From contig CM039010.1 in the NCBI GenBank assembly GCA_017499595.2, positions 2,046,001 to 2,110,000 of the forward strand: a DNA stretch of 64,000 nucleotides, given 5' to 3'. Below the pieces are notes generated by a model. The model made no database searches and was not told the DNA's origin. It saw only the letters and a list, made by a program, of their open reading frames with translations. Shown here in pieces: positions 49,436-62,957 of the stretch. The DNA is from Psilocybe cubensis (lineage: Eukaryota). Each line of letters opens with the position of its first letter. Position 1 is the stretch's first letter. The position numbers and the translations under genes are program-made.

Positions 49436-52319
49436 ATGACAGCCTTCTCTTCGCTGCCTCAAGCATTGGAAGACGGTCAGGACAACTCGCAGCAAAAGTT
49501 CAAGGGCGTATCCAGGATTCTTGGGCCGCGATGGGCACACCTTCCGACAATCACTTTCGCGTTACTGGGAGTACAAATATTCTGGAGCGTAGAAATGTCT
49601 TATGGTGCGTATGTCACTGCATGTGTTGGTCATCAGAGATTAAGAACATTCCAACGTTCACTTGTGCAGCTTCTCCGTATCTTCTGTCCTTGGGTCTGTC
49701 GAAGTCAAACATGGCAGTCGTGTTCGTCGCAGGTCCACTTTCCGGCCTAATAATGCAGCCACTGATAGGTGCGAGCAATTTTCCTACTATTAAATGCTCC
49801 GTAAAGATTTGACTCAGTCGCGTATGCATTCGTTACCAAGGTGTGTTGGCGGACAATTGCACATCTCGTTTCGGGCGAAGAAGACCGTACATGCTGCTAG
49901 GGACCGTTATATGCGTTTGCGCTATGCTCCTTTTCGGATTTACTCGACAAGTTGCCGCTGTCTTCACCGAGTGGGACAGCTACTCTGTAGGTCGCAGATA
50001 ATGTGCTTCCGAAACGTTACTGAGAAACAACATTCGCAGAACGACATCCTCACAATTTGGCTCGCCGTTCTTTCTATATATCTAATCGATTTCTCCATCA
50101 ATGCGGGTGTGTTAGAATCGGGTTTTTCTTCGTTAATACCCGTCTCAATATCTTTTCCAAACAAGTACAAGCTGTTGATCGTGCCCTTCTCGTTGACACA
50201 CTACCACCATCAGACCAGGCTGCAGGGAATGCATGGGCGGCGCGAATGCTAGGCATAGGAAGTGTGGTCGGATTTTTTTTGTAAGTAATTCCGAATATAA
50301 TTTCACTGACCCTGTATTGATGCATTGTTAGCGGTAACATCGATCTGCCTCGTCTCTTTCCCTTTCTCGGGAAATCGCAGCTTCAAGTTCTTTCTGTTAT
50401 AGTATCCTTCCTTTTGCTAGTGGGGCACATTCTCATGGCAGTTCTTGTGAAAGAGAAGGTGCTTCTTAAAACTATCTCTGCGAATGGGTGGGCATTCCCT
50501 AGTTTTCTACTAGGCCTAGTTTGCTGAGCCAGTAGGTATCAGCAAGTCAAATCGAAAATCGTTCACGAACGAAATGAAAGAAATCTGGGCAAACCTGCGG
50601 ACACTACCCTATGTGATACGACAAATCGTGAGCATATATTTTTTTACCAGCCCTTCCCTAATAGCCACCACTGACTTTACATCATATAGTGCATCATCCA
50701 ATTCTTGTATGTTCTAATTATTACGCGGTTATTTTTTACAGCTTAATCACTCTACCATCAGTGCATGGATTGCCTGGTTTCCGGTTTTATTCTACAGCAC
50801 GATTTATGTTGGGGACCTGCATAAAAAATCATCACCCGTGCCAACAACCGACGACGAACGTGCCGAGCTTGACTCTGAGGCAAACCGTTTAGGATCGAGA
50901 GCGTTGTTATATTCTGCGCTTCTCGCCCTTCTAGTAAATCTAATTATACCGTTATTTGTGGCGGAAGCTGCTCCACGGCCCAAGCCGGGACCGGCAGCAA
51001 CGAAATATAGTAGGGGAACAACCTGGTGGGAGCAAATAATTAGGGTTCCCAGAGGCATGCAGGTGCACCTCGCGACGGTATGGGCGGTGAGCCATTTTGT
51101 GTTCGCGGGATGTATGTTTGCAACTTTGTACGTTGTTTCTCTGTTGTATTTTAATTGTTACATTTTGGCGGTGGACAACTTTCAGACTGCTGACCGATGG
51201 ATGCATCAGCTTTACACATAGCGTCTCGGGGTCCATGTTCATCATCACGATCACCGGGTTCTCCTGGGCAATTACGCAGTGGGCACCGTTTTCTTTGGTA
51301 TGTTCAACTAAATGTTTTCCACACAAATTGGCTTCAACGTTAATTCCACGTGATGTTCCGACCAGCTTGCAGAAGCAATCCTCACCGAACCAGCAACTCG
51401 TTCGACTGATGACAATGATACTGCCAGCATCATGCTCACTGATACCCGCACGCAAGGCAGGAGGAGTACCGAACGCGGCGACGAACAGTCAGCGTTCCTG
51501 CCCGGCAATGTGTCCGACGACGATGACGAGAACTATGGGAACGAAGAGAGATGGCTCATAGAAGAGCGGAGGCGCGTGCTTAGTAACTCTGGGGCGCAGA
51601 TGAGTCGGGTTGTGTTGCAGGGGGGTGGCAGTGGTGATATTAATTTCGGTGATTACGAAGAGGAAGAAAATGGGTACGAGATTGTGCGTGCAGAGGATGA
51701 GGGGACCAGAATGGGACGGAGCAGAGCTACGGCGAGGAGCGAAGGTGGAATGTTAAGCTCCAAGGCTGGAGTTATTTTGGTACGTGCTTGGTCCTGATTG
51801 ATCCTCGTTCCAAGTGTTTCTTGTCATTGCAACTCTTCGGGTTGTGTACATATTCTAATAATATTTTTTATTTCGTAGGGCATTCATAACATATTCATAG
51901 TCATACCACAGCTTCTCGTTACAGGGGTTTCCGCAATCTTATTTGCTCTCTTCGATCCGCAAAAGCCGGCTTTGCCTGCGCATCGGGCACCTGTCGCTCC
52001 TGCGCCAGTGGTGAACTCCACGGAGACTGACACCAGTGGTGTGTTACTAGTAACTGCAGGGAATGCGACGGCGGAGATGGTATCTAAGGGTGCAGGTATC
52101 TTGTACAGTGTATTGATACGACAAGAGGGATTAGGAGAACAGGGGGAGGTACAGCATTCGAATTCTGTCGTGCATATTTTCCGGTGAGCGCTTCCCTGTC
52201 CTTCCGTGTTGTACTTGGTAGCGACCATAGCTGAGTGTTTTTATAGTATTGGTGGCATTGCTGCGTCGTTAGCATTTGTGCTGGCGTGGAGACTCGCGCG
52301 GGAGATACGCCATAGATAG
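49436..52319 (+). CDS. MFS glycoside-pentoside-hexuronide (sucrose/alpha-glucoside permease, SUT-like) transporter
   Basis: LGVQIFWSVEMSY, AGPLSGLIMQPLIG, DNCTSRFGRRRPYM, DFSINA/VQAVDRALLVD, WIAWFPVLFYST, KAGVILGIHNIFIVIPQ; ends REIRHR*. Confidence 0.9.
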
Positions 52320-53003
52320 AATGAGCTGACGATAATGCGCTTGTTTTGGATTGCGTTAAATAGACTACGAATGGGTTTGTGTAATTTTTGGATTTTTTGT
52401 ACTTATTATCATTAGCACTAGGCTTTCCACTCTATGATCTTCACCCCTCGGTCAAATCTTCGGGTCCTTAGTTTCTCTTGGTCTTTCCCATGCATACCAT
52501 TGTATCATGGTCGGAGGAGAATAAAAAAAGCTTGCGTGTGCGTATACGACTCGTAAACAATACCCTGCGTTCATCTGTGATCAAAAAAATTTTGTTCAAA
52601 CATCCGCGGATGACGTTGTGTTGGCATAGACTCCGAATGGCATCGACAATGCCATCACTCTCAACGAGTGGTGTATAAAAATTGGACTTTCCAAAGTTAA
52701 AAAACGGTCGACAACTGCCTTTTTGAGATTAACGGTTCAAACTGGTTTAATCTGTATACAACTACATCTGTGGGCCGCTGCGGCTTGGAATGATTAGTAA
52801 CTACTTGAGAGAGGTGCATAGGAATCACGGCGGACATTTTGCTGAACAGTCGGGCAGAGAGTTGGTCCGAACAGTAACATGAACCATCAGAAGTCGGACA
52901 TTATTTGAAGTGCAGAATGAGCGATTGATTTTGAATAAACCAAGACATTTCGAACATCTTTACACCCACAGATTGTGCCAGTTACAAAGCATCAACAAAT
53001 AGC

Positions 53004-54637
53004 TCAGAATATGGTTCCATCGCTGACGATTTCGATGGGAGGTCCACCGGTATCTGGTCGCTTGACTTTGGCAATTTCACGGCCACCCTTCCATGTCGCT
53101 GCCTCGAGTACTTGAGCCAGGGAAAGCTGGGACGCTACGAGCCCAAGTTCTGTGCGGATAAGATCGGCGATGCGATCACTAGCGAAAAAATAATTATTTA
53201 AGCAAATATATCATGAGGACATGCTTAGTAAAGTCACTGACAGCTCAATGACCGTCATGGCTCTCCATTCAACAATGGCTGGATGAGTGGGCAGGGCATG
53301 CGGGAGTCCTGACTTGGGATCCTTCGGGAGTGCATTTGGTTTGAGTGTCAAGACACCAAGATCGACGAGCAGTCCTCCTATCGTAACGACAAGCGGTCAA
53401 ACGATGAGTTAAGAGATAATGTGAAAGATAAGGTATACCATTCCTGTATTCCGGAAGTCCTGTCATGTCTTCTAGACCGGATAGGTGCCATTTGAGGATT
53501 TTTTCTAATACCTCCACTAAACTATACGTCAACCACATTGTGAGTTTATGGAATGGGACGAGGTCGTCTCCTTCTTGAGGGTTGGCAATCGAAGCCTTGA
53601 GGGATGGACAAGGCCAAACATCCCCTAAAGAAACTCCAGCGAGGGAGATACGTGAGGGCCAGATTGGATTCAGGCCGTCCACCAAAGCCTGCCATAAGGC
53701 AGCGATTGGAACTACACGAATTTCGCCATCGAGTTTAGACTCTTTCTCGAGAAAATCTACTTGACGATAAGATGAGGCAACTTGTCAATTTAACGGAATA
53801 CTTGCCAATAATATTGCCTGGTCTTCCATCTGCACCGAAGAATTCAGGACTAGATTTGAGTGCTTTCCCGAGATTAACCAAGAGAGATGCACGGCCTTCA
53901 ATTCCAACCATCGGGTTAGATACGCTCACTTGCATTGCAGCGGCGGTATTCTCCGCGGTCACTTTCTCGAGGCCAATAGCTACAAAACAGTGAGTACATA
54001 ACTCGAGAAACCCATTTGAACGCTCATACCGTCTACTTTGTATGGCTGTTCCGGGTCGCTTGAGAATATCCCCGACTCAAACATGTGAACACTTGCGACA
54101 CCCAGACCTTCGGATCTTGAAAAAGTGAGGCCAGTACTTGACTCTTTGTATGACCAGGCATTTCCAGCACCGGCATCTAGTAGAACCGAAACAACAAATA
54201 AGTCAATTGTCCTTCGAGCTTGTTCCTTGATGTCAGCTGTGTTGGTTGAGTGCGCTGCCCATTTCTCAATCAGAGGCTTTATGCGTTCCGCTCCCGAGTC
54301 AAGATGCCTCCAACGGCCATGGGGATTAATCTATTGTTGGATCAGGGGCATTTTATGAAGATCCAGTCATACGACATACGCTGGCATAGTTGTCCCCGTA
54401 GTCTCTCTGTGAAGTCATAATCAACCAGATGCGCGGTATAAAGTGATAAAATCCGACCTTCATGAGCTGTACACAGAACCGGGCGACTTCAACCTCCTTC
54501 TCTGGATGGTATTCAAAGTACTCCAGTTTACCTTCTTGCGCTAGTGCGTGGATGCGACCACATCGTTCTCGGATGGCTGGAAGTGTCCTGAGATATATAG
54601 CAGTCTGAGAAGCTGGTATTTCAGTTCCGAGATTCAT
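53004..54637 (-). CDS. URC4: DUF1688 / uracil catabolism protein 4
   Basis: YLRTLPAIRERC, PHGRWRH, DLFVVSVLLDAGAG, FSRSEGLGVAS, NPMVGIEGR, FHKLTMWLTYSL, TGLPEYRNG, TWKGGREIA; ends SDGTIF*. Confidence 0.9.
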
Positions 54638-55682
54638 GGTGGATGGTATGTATGGACGTTTGACAGTGTGTTATCTGACTCCATTGAGGCGAGCACGCGG
54701 CGGCCAGCTGTGACGGCGTGCTGATAATATTGACAACAACCGCAAATACATTCATGTGATTTTTCAAGCTCCGACTCAATCTTTTTTGAACTCGGTTTGA
54801 TTTTGAAATCTTCGATGATCCTCCTTGCTCTTCATCTCTCCTATATACCTTCCGGATGACTCTGTGGGCATTGGCCTGGAATCTATAGATGTGTTCAATG
54901 TGCGGGCTTCTAGTGTCATTTTGACTTTGTCTGACGCCGCATGTGTGCAAGAATAAACCGTCCATCTATGGTCTGATTACCATTCTAATATTTCCTTCTA
55001 TTTCATCTTTGTCTGCTCAACACTGGCGAAAGACTGTTTGGCTTTTTTACATAACCTCAGATTGGTCTTATAAAGGAGCTGCCACGCACTCGCGCAGTAC
55101 GGTGCGTTTTCAGCTCAACTCTTTCCACTCCTTTTATGCCTCTTTCCTCCACCAAGCCATGTACAAGGCGGTCAAATATCTATTTTCTGGGCTGCCAGTC
55201 TGTTCCGTCGGGTCTATCTTTATCACCTTGTCAACCCCTGTATATCATCAGAAACACAGTGACTGGTTCCTGCTGAACAAATCGGTCTGAGCAAGGTCGG
55301 TACAGGGCTTTCTGCTACTCTTCTGCTGTGTGCCCTCTTTTCAAGGTTAAATAGCGACTTTGGAGGTCTTTGGCCAAGATATCTTTATGGATATGGGCTT
55401 GATCATATCTTTTACTTAGTCCCCAGTCTTCTGTTTCTCAATCATCGATTCAAACTGCAGAACCTTTGGCTGCATCACTTTTTCTTACCGTTGACACTAC
55501 TTGGCAACAAAATCATGATGTTTTGATGATGTTACGTTTTACGCATTCTAAATGCCATCTCTTTTCCCTTGACAATCCTCCACTCATTCCGGTAATTGTA
55601 TCCAGTCAAGAATACAAGCCTTCTCATCCATCAGCACAAAGAGTATTGTAGTCTTTTGGGCAGCCTTTTCACATACTGAACT

Positions 55683-55922
55683 TTAAGATCTTATCTCAGG
55701 TGGCGATATAAATGGGATGCAGCCTACTTTGATGGCATTCTTTGTCAATTCCCATTGCATAACTTGTCCATAATCATTGAGTTTCTGCAGATTTATAACG
55801 AGTTCTTTACCGATATCAAAGACCGCCCTTGATAGCCTTGGGTCAAAATTCACACTGCGGAATGGTATTTTTGCATCATAATCTTCCCAAGTTTGTGTAG
55901 GGCTCGATGATGACGTTGCCAT
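55683..55922 (-). CDS. Possible short hypothetical exon or gene remnant
   Basis: MATSSSSPTQTWEDYDAKIPF...WELTKNAIK followed by a GT donor, with a TATA-like motif upstream. Downstream frames close quickly. Confidence 0.25.
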   Translation of the reverse strand: MATSSSSPTQTWEDYDAKIPFRSVNFDPRLSRAVFDIGKELVINLQKLNDYGQVMQWELTKNAIKVGCIPFISPPEIRS

Positions 55923-56769
55923 CGGTTCAATTTCTAACGTGATAGTCTCGCTCACTGTTGAAAAACATCCATTCCAACGGATAGCCCAACAGCTTCTCAA
56001 CTGTGGCTACCATTAATTTCGCCTCCCTTTATACTAGCAAATTTTGTTCCCACGCCCACCCCTATCTTGCTGATGGTCTAAAAAGCGACGTCTTATAACA
56101 GTTTGTGCCTTCCTTTGCTCCAGTTATCGTAATTTGCATGAAAAATCAGGCAGGCTATCTCTGGTTCTTTTTGATTGGTAAGCGACACACACCTCCCTGT
56201 GTGCTGCTCCAATGCGTCCGTATACTTATTGTGTACATATTTTCGTCGCTCGGCTTACTGCGTTGATCTCCTTATTGCAAGCTACCAGGTTGGATGTCTT
56301 TTACTCATTCTGTTTGACCAGCTACTCGTGTATTCTTACGATAGTTGATTGTTCTGGAAATCAGGAGAAGACAGTTGTCTCCTGAAATTTCCCAACGTTG
56401 CCTTCTAACCTGATTGCATGCCTTGATGTACGTCACGTGTGGCGCTTTTTGAACGGTATTTTGGTTAATGCTATTCTTTCCCTGGTGAATATTCTCATGT
56501 ACATGTGTTCGACACAGGCGCGTGGGGGCGCCGACTCTATAGCCAGTTGTTCTCTTATCAGCTTTGGCCGTACTCCACCTCATGCAATCAGAATTAAATC
56601 GCGTTATCGACGCGGCGAAGTACAAAAGCCCCACTCTGGAAGAAATGGTTGGTAAAAATAAGGTGATTGGCAATTTGAAATCCTTCTGTCTGAGCTACAG
56701 CTAAGTATCCAACAGGATTTCCAACAAGCTTCTCTCCGAGTCGACCAAAACCACGAGAGGGAGTCTATC

Positions 56770-58886
56770 ATGTCCGTCGTTAAATGGTGGACGTCTGTGT
56801 TGTTGGCAGTGCTGGCGTGCTTGCAAATTGCTCGAGGTGTAGTCACTGATACCGACGCTGCAGCTGCAGTGAAGTTCCCTGATTTGTATGAGGCGTCTGT
56901 GTTGGAGTTGCAAGCCGGGCTGGACGCGGGACATTTCTCAAGTGTTGATTTGGTGAAGGTTCGTGTTTTTTTTGCTCAGCACTTTGACTCTCGTCGTTGA
57001 CAATATTTCCTCTTAGGCTTACTTTGCCCGCATCGATGAAGTGAACTTGAAGGGGGCAGCTCTCAGAGCCGTTCTCGAGACCAATCCCTCAGCATTGGCA
57101 CAGGCAGCAGCAATGGACAAGGAAAGAAAGAAAAAAGGAAAGAGATCGTTGCTGCACGGAATTCCTGTACTCTTGAAGGTACGGCTTTTTGTTTTACAAA
57201 ACAAGAATCATAGACAGACAAAACTTGTAGGATAACATTGCTACAGTCGCTTCGGAAGGAATGAATACAACCGCCGGCTCCTTCAGTCTTCTTGGTTCTG
57301 TTGTCCCAGATGATGCTGGTGTCGTGAAGCGTCTAAGGAAGGCCGGCGCGATCATCCTCGGTAATATTATGTCAATTACATCCATAAAGGAGAGCAATTT
57401 TCTCATATTTACATGAAAGGCAAGGCAAACCTCTCAGAGTTTGCTCATTTCAGGGGGAATTTGGCTTCGGGGTGGTCGGGACGGGGCGGTCAGGCTACAA
57501 ACGCCTATTTTAAGAACGCCGATCCTTGCGGCTCCTCTTCAGGTTCTGGTATCGCAGCTTCCATTGGGCTTGCAGCTGTTACGTTAGGGTCCGAAACTGA
57601 TGGGAGCATTACCTGCCCTTCAAGTAACAACAATTTGGCAGGTATCAAGCCCACTGTAGGTCTGACCTCAAGAGCAGGAGGTATTGTCACTCTTTTCTAT
57701 TGCGTACCATTGCTAATAGACCTTTAGTTGTGCCAATCTCTGAGCATCAAGACACTGTGGGCCCCATGACGAGGTCGATGACTGACGCCGCTATCGTTTT
57801 GTCAGTTATAGCTGGGAAGGACCCCAACGACAACTTCACCCTGGCTCAACCAAGAAATGTCCCTGATTTTACAAAGGCCCTAAAAACGAATGCTCTTAAG
57901 GGTAAACGCATCGGAGTTCCGCGTCATGCATTCCTCAACGACAGCATCAGCGGCAACGATCCCTTTGTCAATATCATCTTCGAGCAAGCGCTGAACACGA
58001 TCAGAAGCTTAGGGGCCACAATTGTCGATCCTGCTAACCTACCTTCCGCCGATGAAATCATCAATTCTAACAATGAAAATGTTGTATTGGACGTCGACTT
58101 CAAAGTTCGTGATGAATGTAAAGGTGTATCGAGGAAGATGAACCTGATCATTCTACTTGTGAACAGATTCAACTCAACGCTTACTATGAAGCCCTGTTAA
58201 AGAACCCCTCTGGAGTTCGAAATCTAGCTGATTTGATTGAGTTCAACAACGCGCATCCCGACCTCGAAGAGCCTAAAGGTTTCCAATCTCAGAGCACGTC
58301 AGTGTGATATGCACCCTCGCATTTTAATAGCTTCTAATCAGCATCACTAGTCTTATCGAATCTGAAGCAACGACAGGACGTAACGCGACTTTCTTCCAGT
58401 CTCTGGCATTTGATAAAGAACTTGGTGCTACTCGAGGCATCGACGCCGCGTTGAAGGCACATAAGCTGGATGCTCTTGTTCTACCCGCCCCTGGGTTCAC
58501 TACAGTTCCTGCAGGCAAGTCGTCATCTTCAAAGGAAGTGGATCATGCCATTTAACCTCAATACATTCAGCTATTGCGGGCTACCCTATAGTTACAGGTA
58601 ATCTATCACTCCCGCCCGCCGTTGTATTACCCCACTAACGGATTCGACAGTGCCATTGGGCTTCTACCCTGACAATGTTACCATTCAATCCGCTGGCCCA
58701 GAAACGGTGTACCCTGCGCCTGGTGTACCATTTGGCCTTTCCTTCTTTGGAACCGCATTTTCAGACTTTGACTTGATTGGGTTCGCATTTGCCTATGAAC
58801 AAAAAACTCAAACTCGTTTGGCCCGGAAGGCAATTCCGGCAGCGATTCCAAAGACCCAATTAAAGGACATAGTTGGGAAAGCATAA
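56770..58886 (+). CDS. Secreted amidase-signature family enzyme
   Basis: Signal peptide; LHGIPVLLK/DNIAT, GKANLSE, PCGSSSGSG, GSETDGSI, GIKPTVG, QDTVGPM, AGYP. The Ser-cisSer-Lys triad residues are present. Intron 58515-58570 is GC-AG. Confidence 0.93.
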
Positions 58887-59023
58887 GGGTAGGATAGGAT
58901 TAACCCACGGTGAGGCCTTCTGTGCCTCCATTCTGGAAGTTGTACGCAAATACCAATTTATATGAACGTAGGTGATGTAGTTAGAGAAGCGTGGCATTTC
59001 CGCAGCAGAAGTCCACGAAAACA

Positions 59024-59146
59024 GTAATCCACCAGTGTTTTGATTGTCGCCCCGTGCGCAAATACAAATAAAACCTGTCGACGTTTGTGATGCGGCAAGA
59101 TTCTACTAGAGCATGCCAGGTACTGGCATAACAAATTATTTGTTCT
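59024..59146 (+). repeat. Dispersed repeat of about 123 bp, copy B
   Basis: Aligns with 47754-47877. Confidence 0.85.
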
Positions 59147-59910
59147 ATACACTATGAAAAAAAATTGTGCTCAGCCACTACAGGTGCGCTGACGACGTCA
59201 TATATCAGGAAACGTATACGAAGACGTGTTTAAGCTTACCTCTGATATCTATTCAATCTAGCCCTACAATACCTCCCTATTGAATTGCCCCAAAAATAGC
59301 TCAAAAAAGAATGAGAGCTTTAAGTGGAGCGTACTGGTCAACGGCTGAGAACTATCTAAACCGAGAATTATCTAAACCAATTCGTATGACGGTGTGCACT
59401 GAGCAACCTTGCGGTTACAATTCAATGTTCGAAAGGGGTATGTGAGTTTGACCAAGCGAGACCAAGCGTTGCAATCATCAAAATCAACGGTTGCATGTAC
59501 TTATGTACACCATCAATTCGAAATAGACGCTCTGAGATAACTAAAATTCATCGTTTTTTAAGATTTAATCACTTTGGATTGAAGGCTAAAACAATCATCA
59601 TGATGCACCTGTGGCGTGTGACTATCGCCGACGATACTACCAAACTGCTTCCACCATACAGGGTCTCGGGACAGTGTTGGTAGTATCGCTGTCCTTTTGG
59701 ATCGGTTCTGAAATTGGTGTGTGGAATTAGCTAACGTCAAGATATCAAACGACCAAAATTGTAGGTTCGGCTGGATTAACAGGTGGCAGCTCATTAGCTG
59801 GATCATCTAGTAGCGTAAGCTCTAGCGCTTCATCTAACAGGATACAAACGTGCCCACAGACCATTCAACATGATGAGACACTCCCCTTTTTTCCCCACAG
59901 ATCCGCCAAC

Positions 59911-62389
59911 GGGAGCTTCCCGGGCATAGGAAAAAATAAGTGCAGCGCAAGTGCGCAAGTGCAAAACGTGCAAATGCAAGTGCACGGTGGCTGTGCTGCA
60001 GTCCAGTGCAAGTGCATTGCGAGTGCATGCGAGTGCACGGTGGCTGTGCTCAAGTGTATGGAAAGCGAGACTGTCAAGCCTCAAAAGCCGTTGCCAAACA
60101 TTGACCGGATGAGTTTGCCGGTTTTTTGTTTGATCCAGAGGCGCAACCTGACCCCGGAAACCCCCTTTGGGTACCGTCGTCTCAGCCACTGCCAAGCTCG
60201 ACTCGGATGGTGGCATTCTGTTGGGCGCCTCAACCTCGACCTACTACATGTTCAGCAGGGATTTATTTTGAAAGACTGCCACTCATTCGGTAACACCAAG
60301 GATTACCCGTGGGCCAGGATTACCGTGTGAGCGTCAGTCGATCAAACTCATTGCCAGGTGTTTTCCTCAATCGAGTCTCGACTCACAGAGCGGATGGATG
60401 CGCTTGAGGGTCAATCATTGGCCCTTTGATCCCTTTCCCAAAATACAGCGTTCTGATTTATAGCAAGAAAATTAAAGTATACAATCTTTGGTATACCTTA
60501 ACAGTAGTTAGTGTACTCTAGTAGGTTTGCTTTGCTACTAATAATGTGAAGCGTATGGGAGTCAAATTTTGTATATGAAGAACAATAACATTTGATTAAT
60601 GAGCATAGTAGACATTATAGCTCAGAGTGTCTCTTTTAACACACTCCACCTGTGCCCGCCTTCTCTATATTTAGGGGATCCAATTCAAACCATTATGTGT
60701 TGCACCTGTCCTGAAATGGCAAACTCATAAATTATTCTCTTGAACATTTCCTTCACCAAAGAGATTGTGCAATGGAGATAATATAACCTCAAAAAATAAA
60801 TTTCATGTTAAAAAGTTACTTACAAATGGGTCATAACTTGTGGGTCGGTCAGCAAGTTCTCAGCGTCTATGTGCGTTGATGGTAGATCACAAGCTACAGT
60901 CGTTGTAGGGCCTTTATTATACATGATACTATCAATTTCCGCCATAATGTCTTGATATAAACTACTTTATAGGGTTTTATTACATCTATACAATTGCCAG
61001 ACAGTGCCATCAAATGTTTTTGTGAATGGGAGTGAGCATTTTACGAGGTTAACTTGTACATGTGTTGCGCGCGATTAAAAGTAGCCATTTTACTTGCATT
61101 TTACACCAAACCCCACGGGCGGGCCGCTCATGCTGCTGCAAGCAGCGCGGGAGCACTAAATCCCCCCTTTTTTGCATGGATGCTCTTATATATGCACCAC
61201 GTAGCGGAGAAATTGTGTACATATAGTCTACTACTGTAGACAACCTGATCTTATTAAATTCTAACTATGTCTTTTGGCGGCACTAGGTGCACGGAGTCTT
61301 TGCTCGCCGAGAGTTTGCCAAGCGTGCCCGGCTTGACAACCCGATGATGTTTGGCAACGGCTTTCGAGGCTTGACAGTCTCGCTTTCCATACAAGTGCAG
61401 TGCAGTGCGCGCGCAAGTGCAAACATTAAAAAAACGCAAATGCACAGTCCGTTATAGTACACAATGTCCTATACTTGATATACATGACATGTATATAACT
61501 AATCAATGTAGTACCTAGGATATTGAATGCTATTTCTTTGTTTTTGACTTCACTGCCTTCGCTGCAGTCCTATTTTCAGGGATAGGCCGTGGCCTAAGGA
61601 TTCTCTTCTCTCCTACTAGGTTTGGCTTGGTGGGTCGTATAATTTTGACAAAGGTTGGGTTATTAGGAATGATAGAAAGGCCATGCATCTTCTCAAAAAG
61701 TAGAGTGAGACCTCCATGAAGGTCCACCCTTTTCCGCTTTATAATTCACATTTTGTCTGCCAGTGTTAAATGAATGAATATTGTCAGTCAACTGCCATAA
61801 AAAATATCAAATAATAGTATATACTTACCTTTCACAGTATATCTGCTGTAAAAATTATGGATGAAGCATACCCAATCCAACCCTTTCGTTCTCAGACAGC
61901 TGTCAATTGACGAAAGGATTGAACTACTAAGTCATCATGATTGTCACGGTCTCTGATTCTAGACACATCACACGTCAACCCCCCAAAAAGCCTTCAATAG
62001 GCACGGTGACACTCGAGTATTATGCAGTGAACATAAGTGCATTCAAGTACAGTGTAAGTGCATGCAAGTGCAGTGCAAGTGCGCGCAAGTGCAATGTAAG
62101 TGCAACGCGAGTGCATGCAAGTGCATGCAAGTGCGCGCGAGTGCACGTGAGTGCACGCGAGGGTTTTCCGTTCATAGGAGTGGGTGTCCCAAACGGGAAA
62201 TGACCAAAAAATGGAGAGAAAAAGAGAGAGACTCACGATGCTTTGCTTTTGTTAAAATTTTGAAGAGAAATGACTTGAAAGTACTTGAAAATATGTACGG
62301 ATTGTCACAAACATAAATTTTGTGAAATACCGTGTGAAACGAGAGTCAATTTTTCAAAAATTTCGCGCTGACGCGCGTCCGAGAAATGG
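59911..62389 (-). repeat. Unclassified element with TGCAC/GTGCA-rich tracts; right end shared with 29180-29634
   Basis: Repeat tracts at 59938-60054, 61394-61447 and 62035-62160. 62162-62389 matches the 29.2-kb copy. Left boundary is uncertain. Confidence 0.6.
60055..61393. mobile_element. Non-autonomous TIR element, about 1.34 kb
   Basis: 47-bp TIRs TGTATGGAAAGCGAGACTGTCAAGCCTC.AAAGCCGTTGCCAAACAT (60055-60101 and 61347-61393, one mismatch). Flanking direct repeat is AG, AAGT or CAAGTG depending on the boundary chosen. Confidence 0.85.
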
Positions 62390-62957
62390 TCTACAGAGAG
62401 AGTAAAAAACACCATTATGCAGAATGGGTATACCACAAAAACAGAAATATATAAGTTTCATATTTTACTTTCCCATACTCCAAGGCACAAGGTGTATTTA
62501 CAACGAGTTCATTGGTCCTTGTGACGACAGATCACAAGTCCGTGACAACACATCCCTGGCAGTGCAATGTGACAGAAAATGGCGCACAAACTGTCGGAAG
62601 CATATTTTAGAATCAATAGTCTAACAGAGGTAGTATTCAAAACTCATGCTAGCAGCCAAAATTGTTTATTTGCCTCAGACCTCAGTTGTACGAGCAAAAC
62701 ATAGCATGTTCTCCTCACTCGGCATGCACCGGCACCTTAGTCCCGAGGAAATAATTGTGACATATTGGCACACTGTCACGCGGGACTCTGCACTTGCGTG
62801 CACTTATTTTTCTATTTGCCCGAGCTTCCCGGGTCCTAACAGAACAACATTTTAACTTATCTTTGATAATTGGAGGCAACACTAGCACAATTTTATAACT
62901 ATCTGAGGACAACTTTGAAAGGACGCATTATTACTGGAATACAGCAAAATTAAACAT

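Noticed and set aside
62790..62835. Inverted similarity to 59911-59955 as the second TIR of a large element
   Set aside because: Match is short and degenerate, with no TSD; more likely a separate fragment of the same repeat family.
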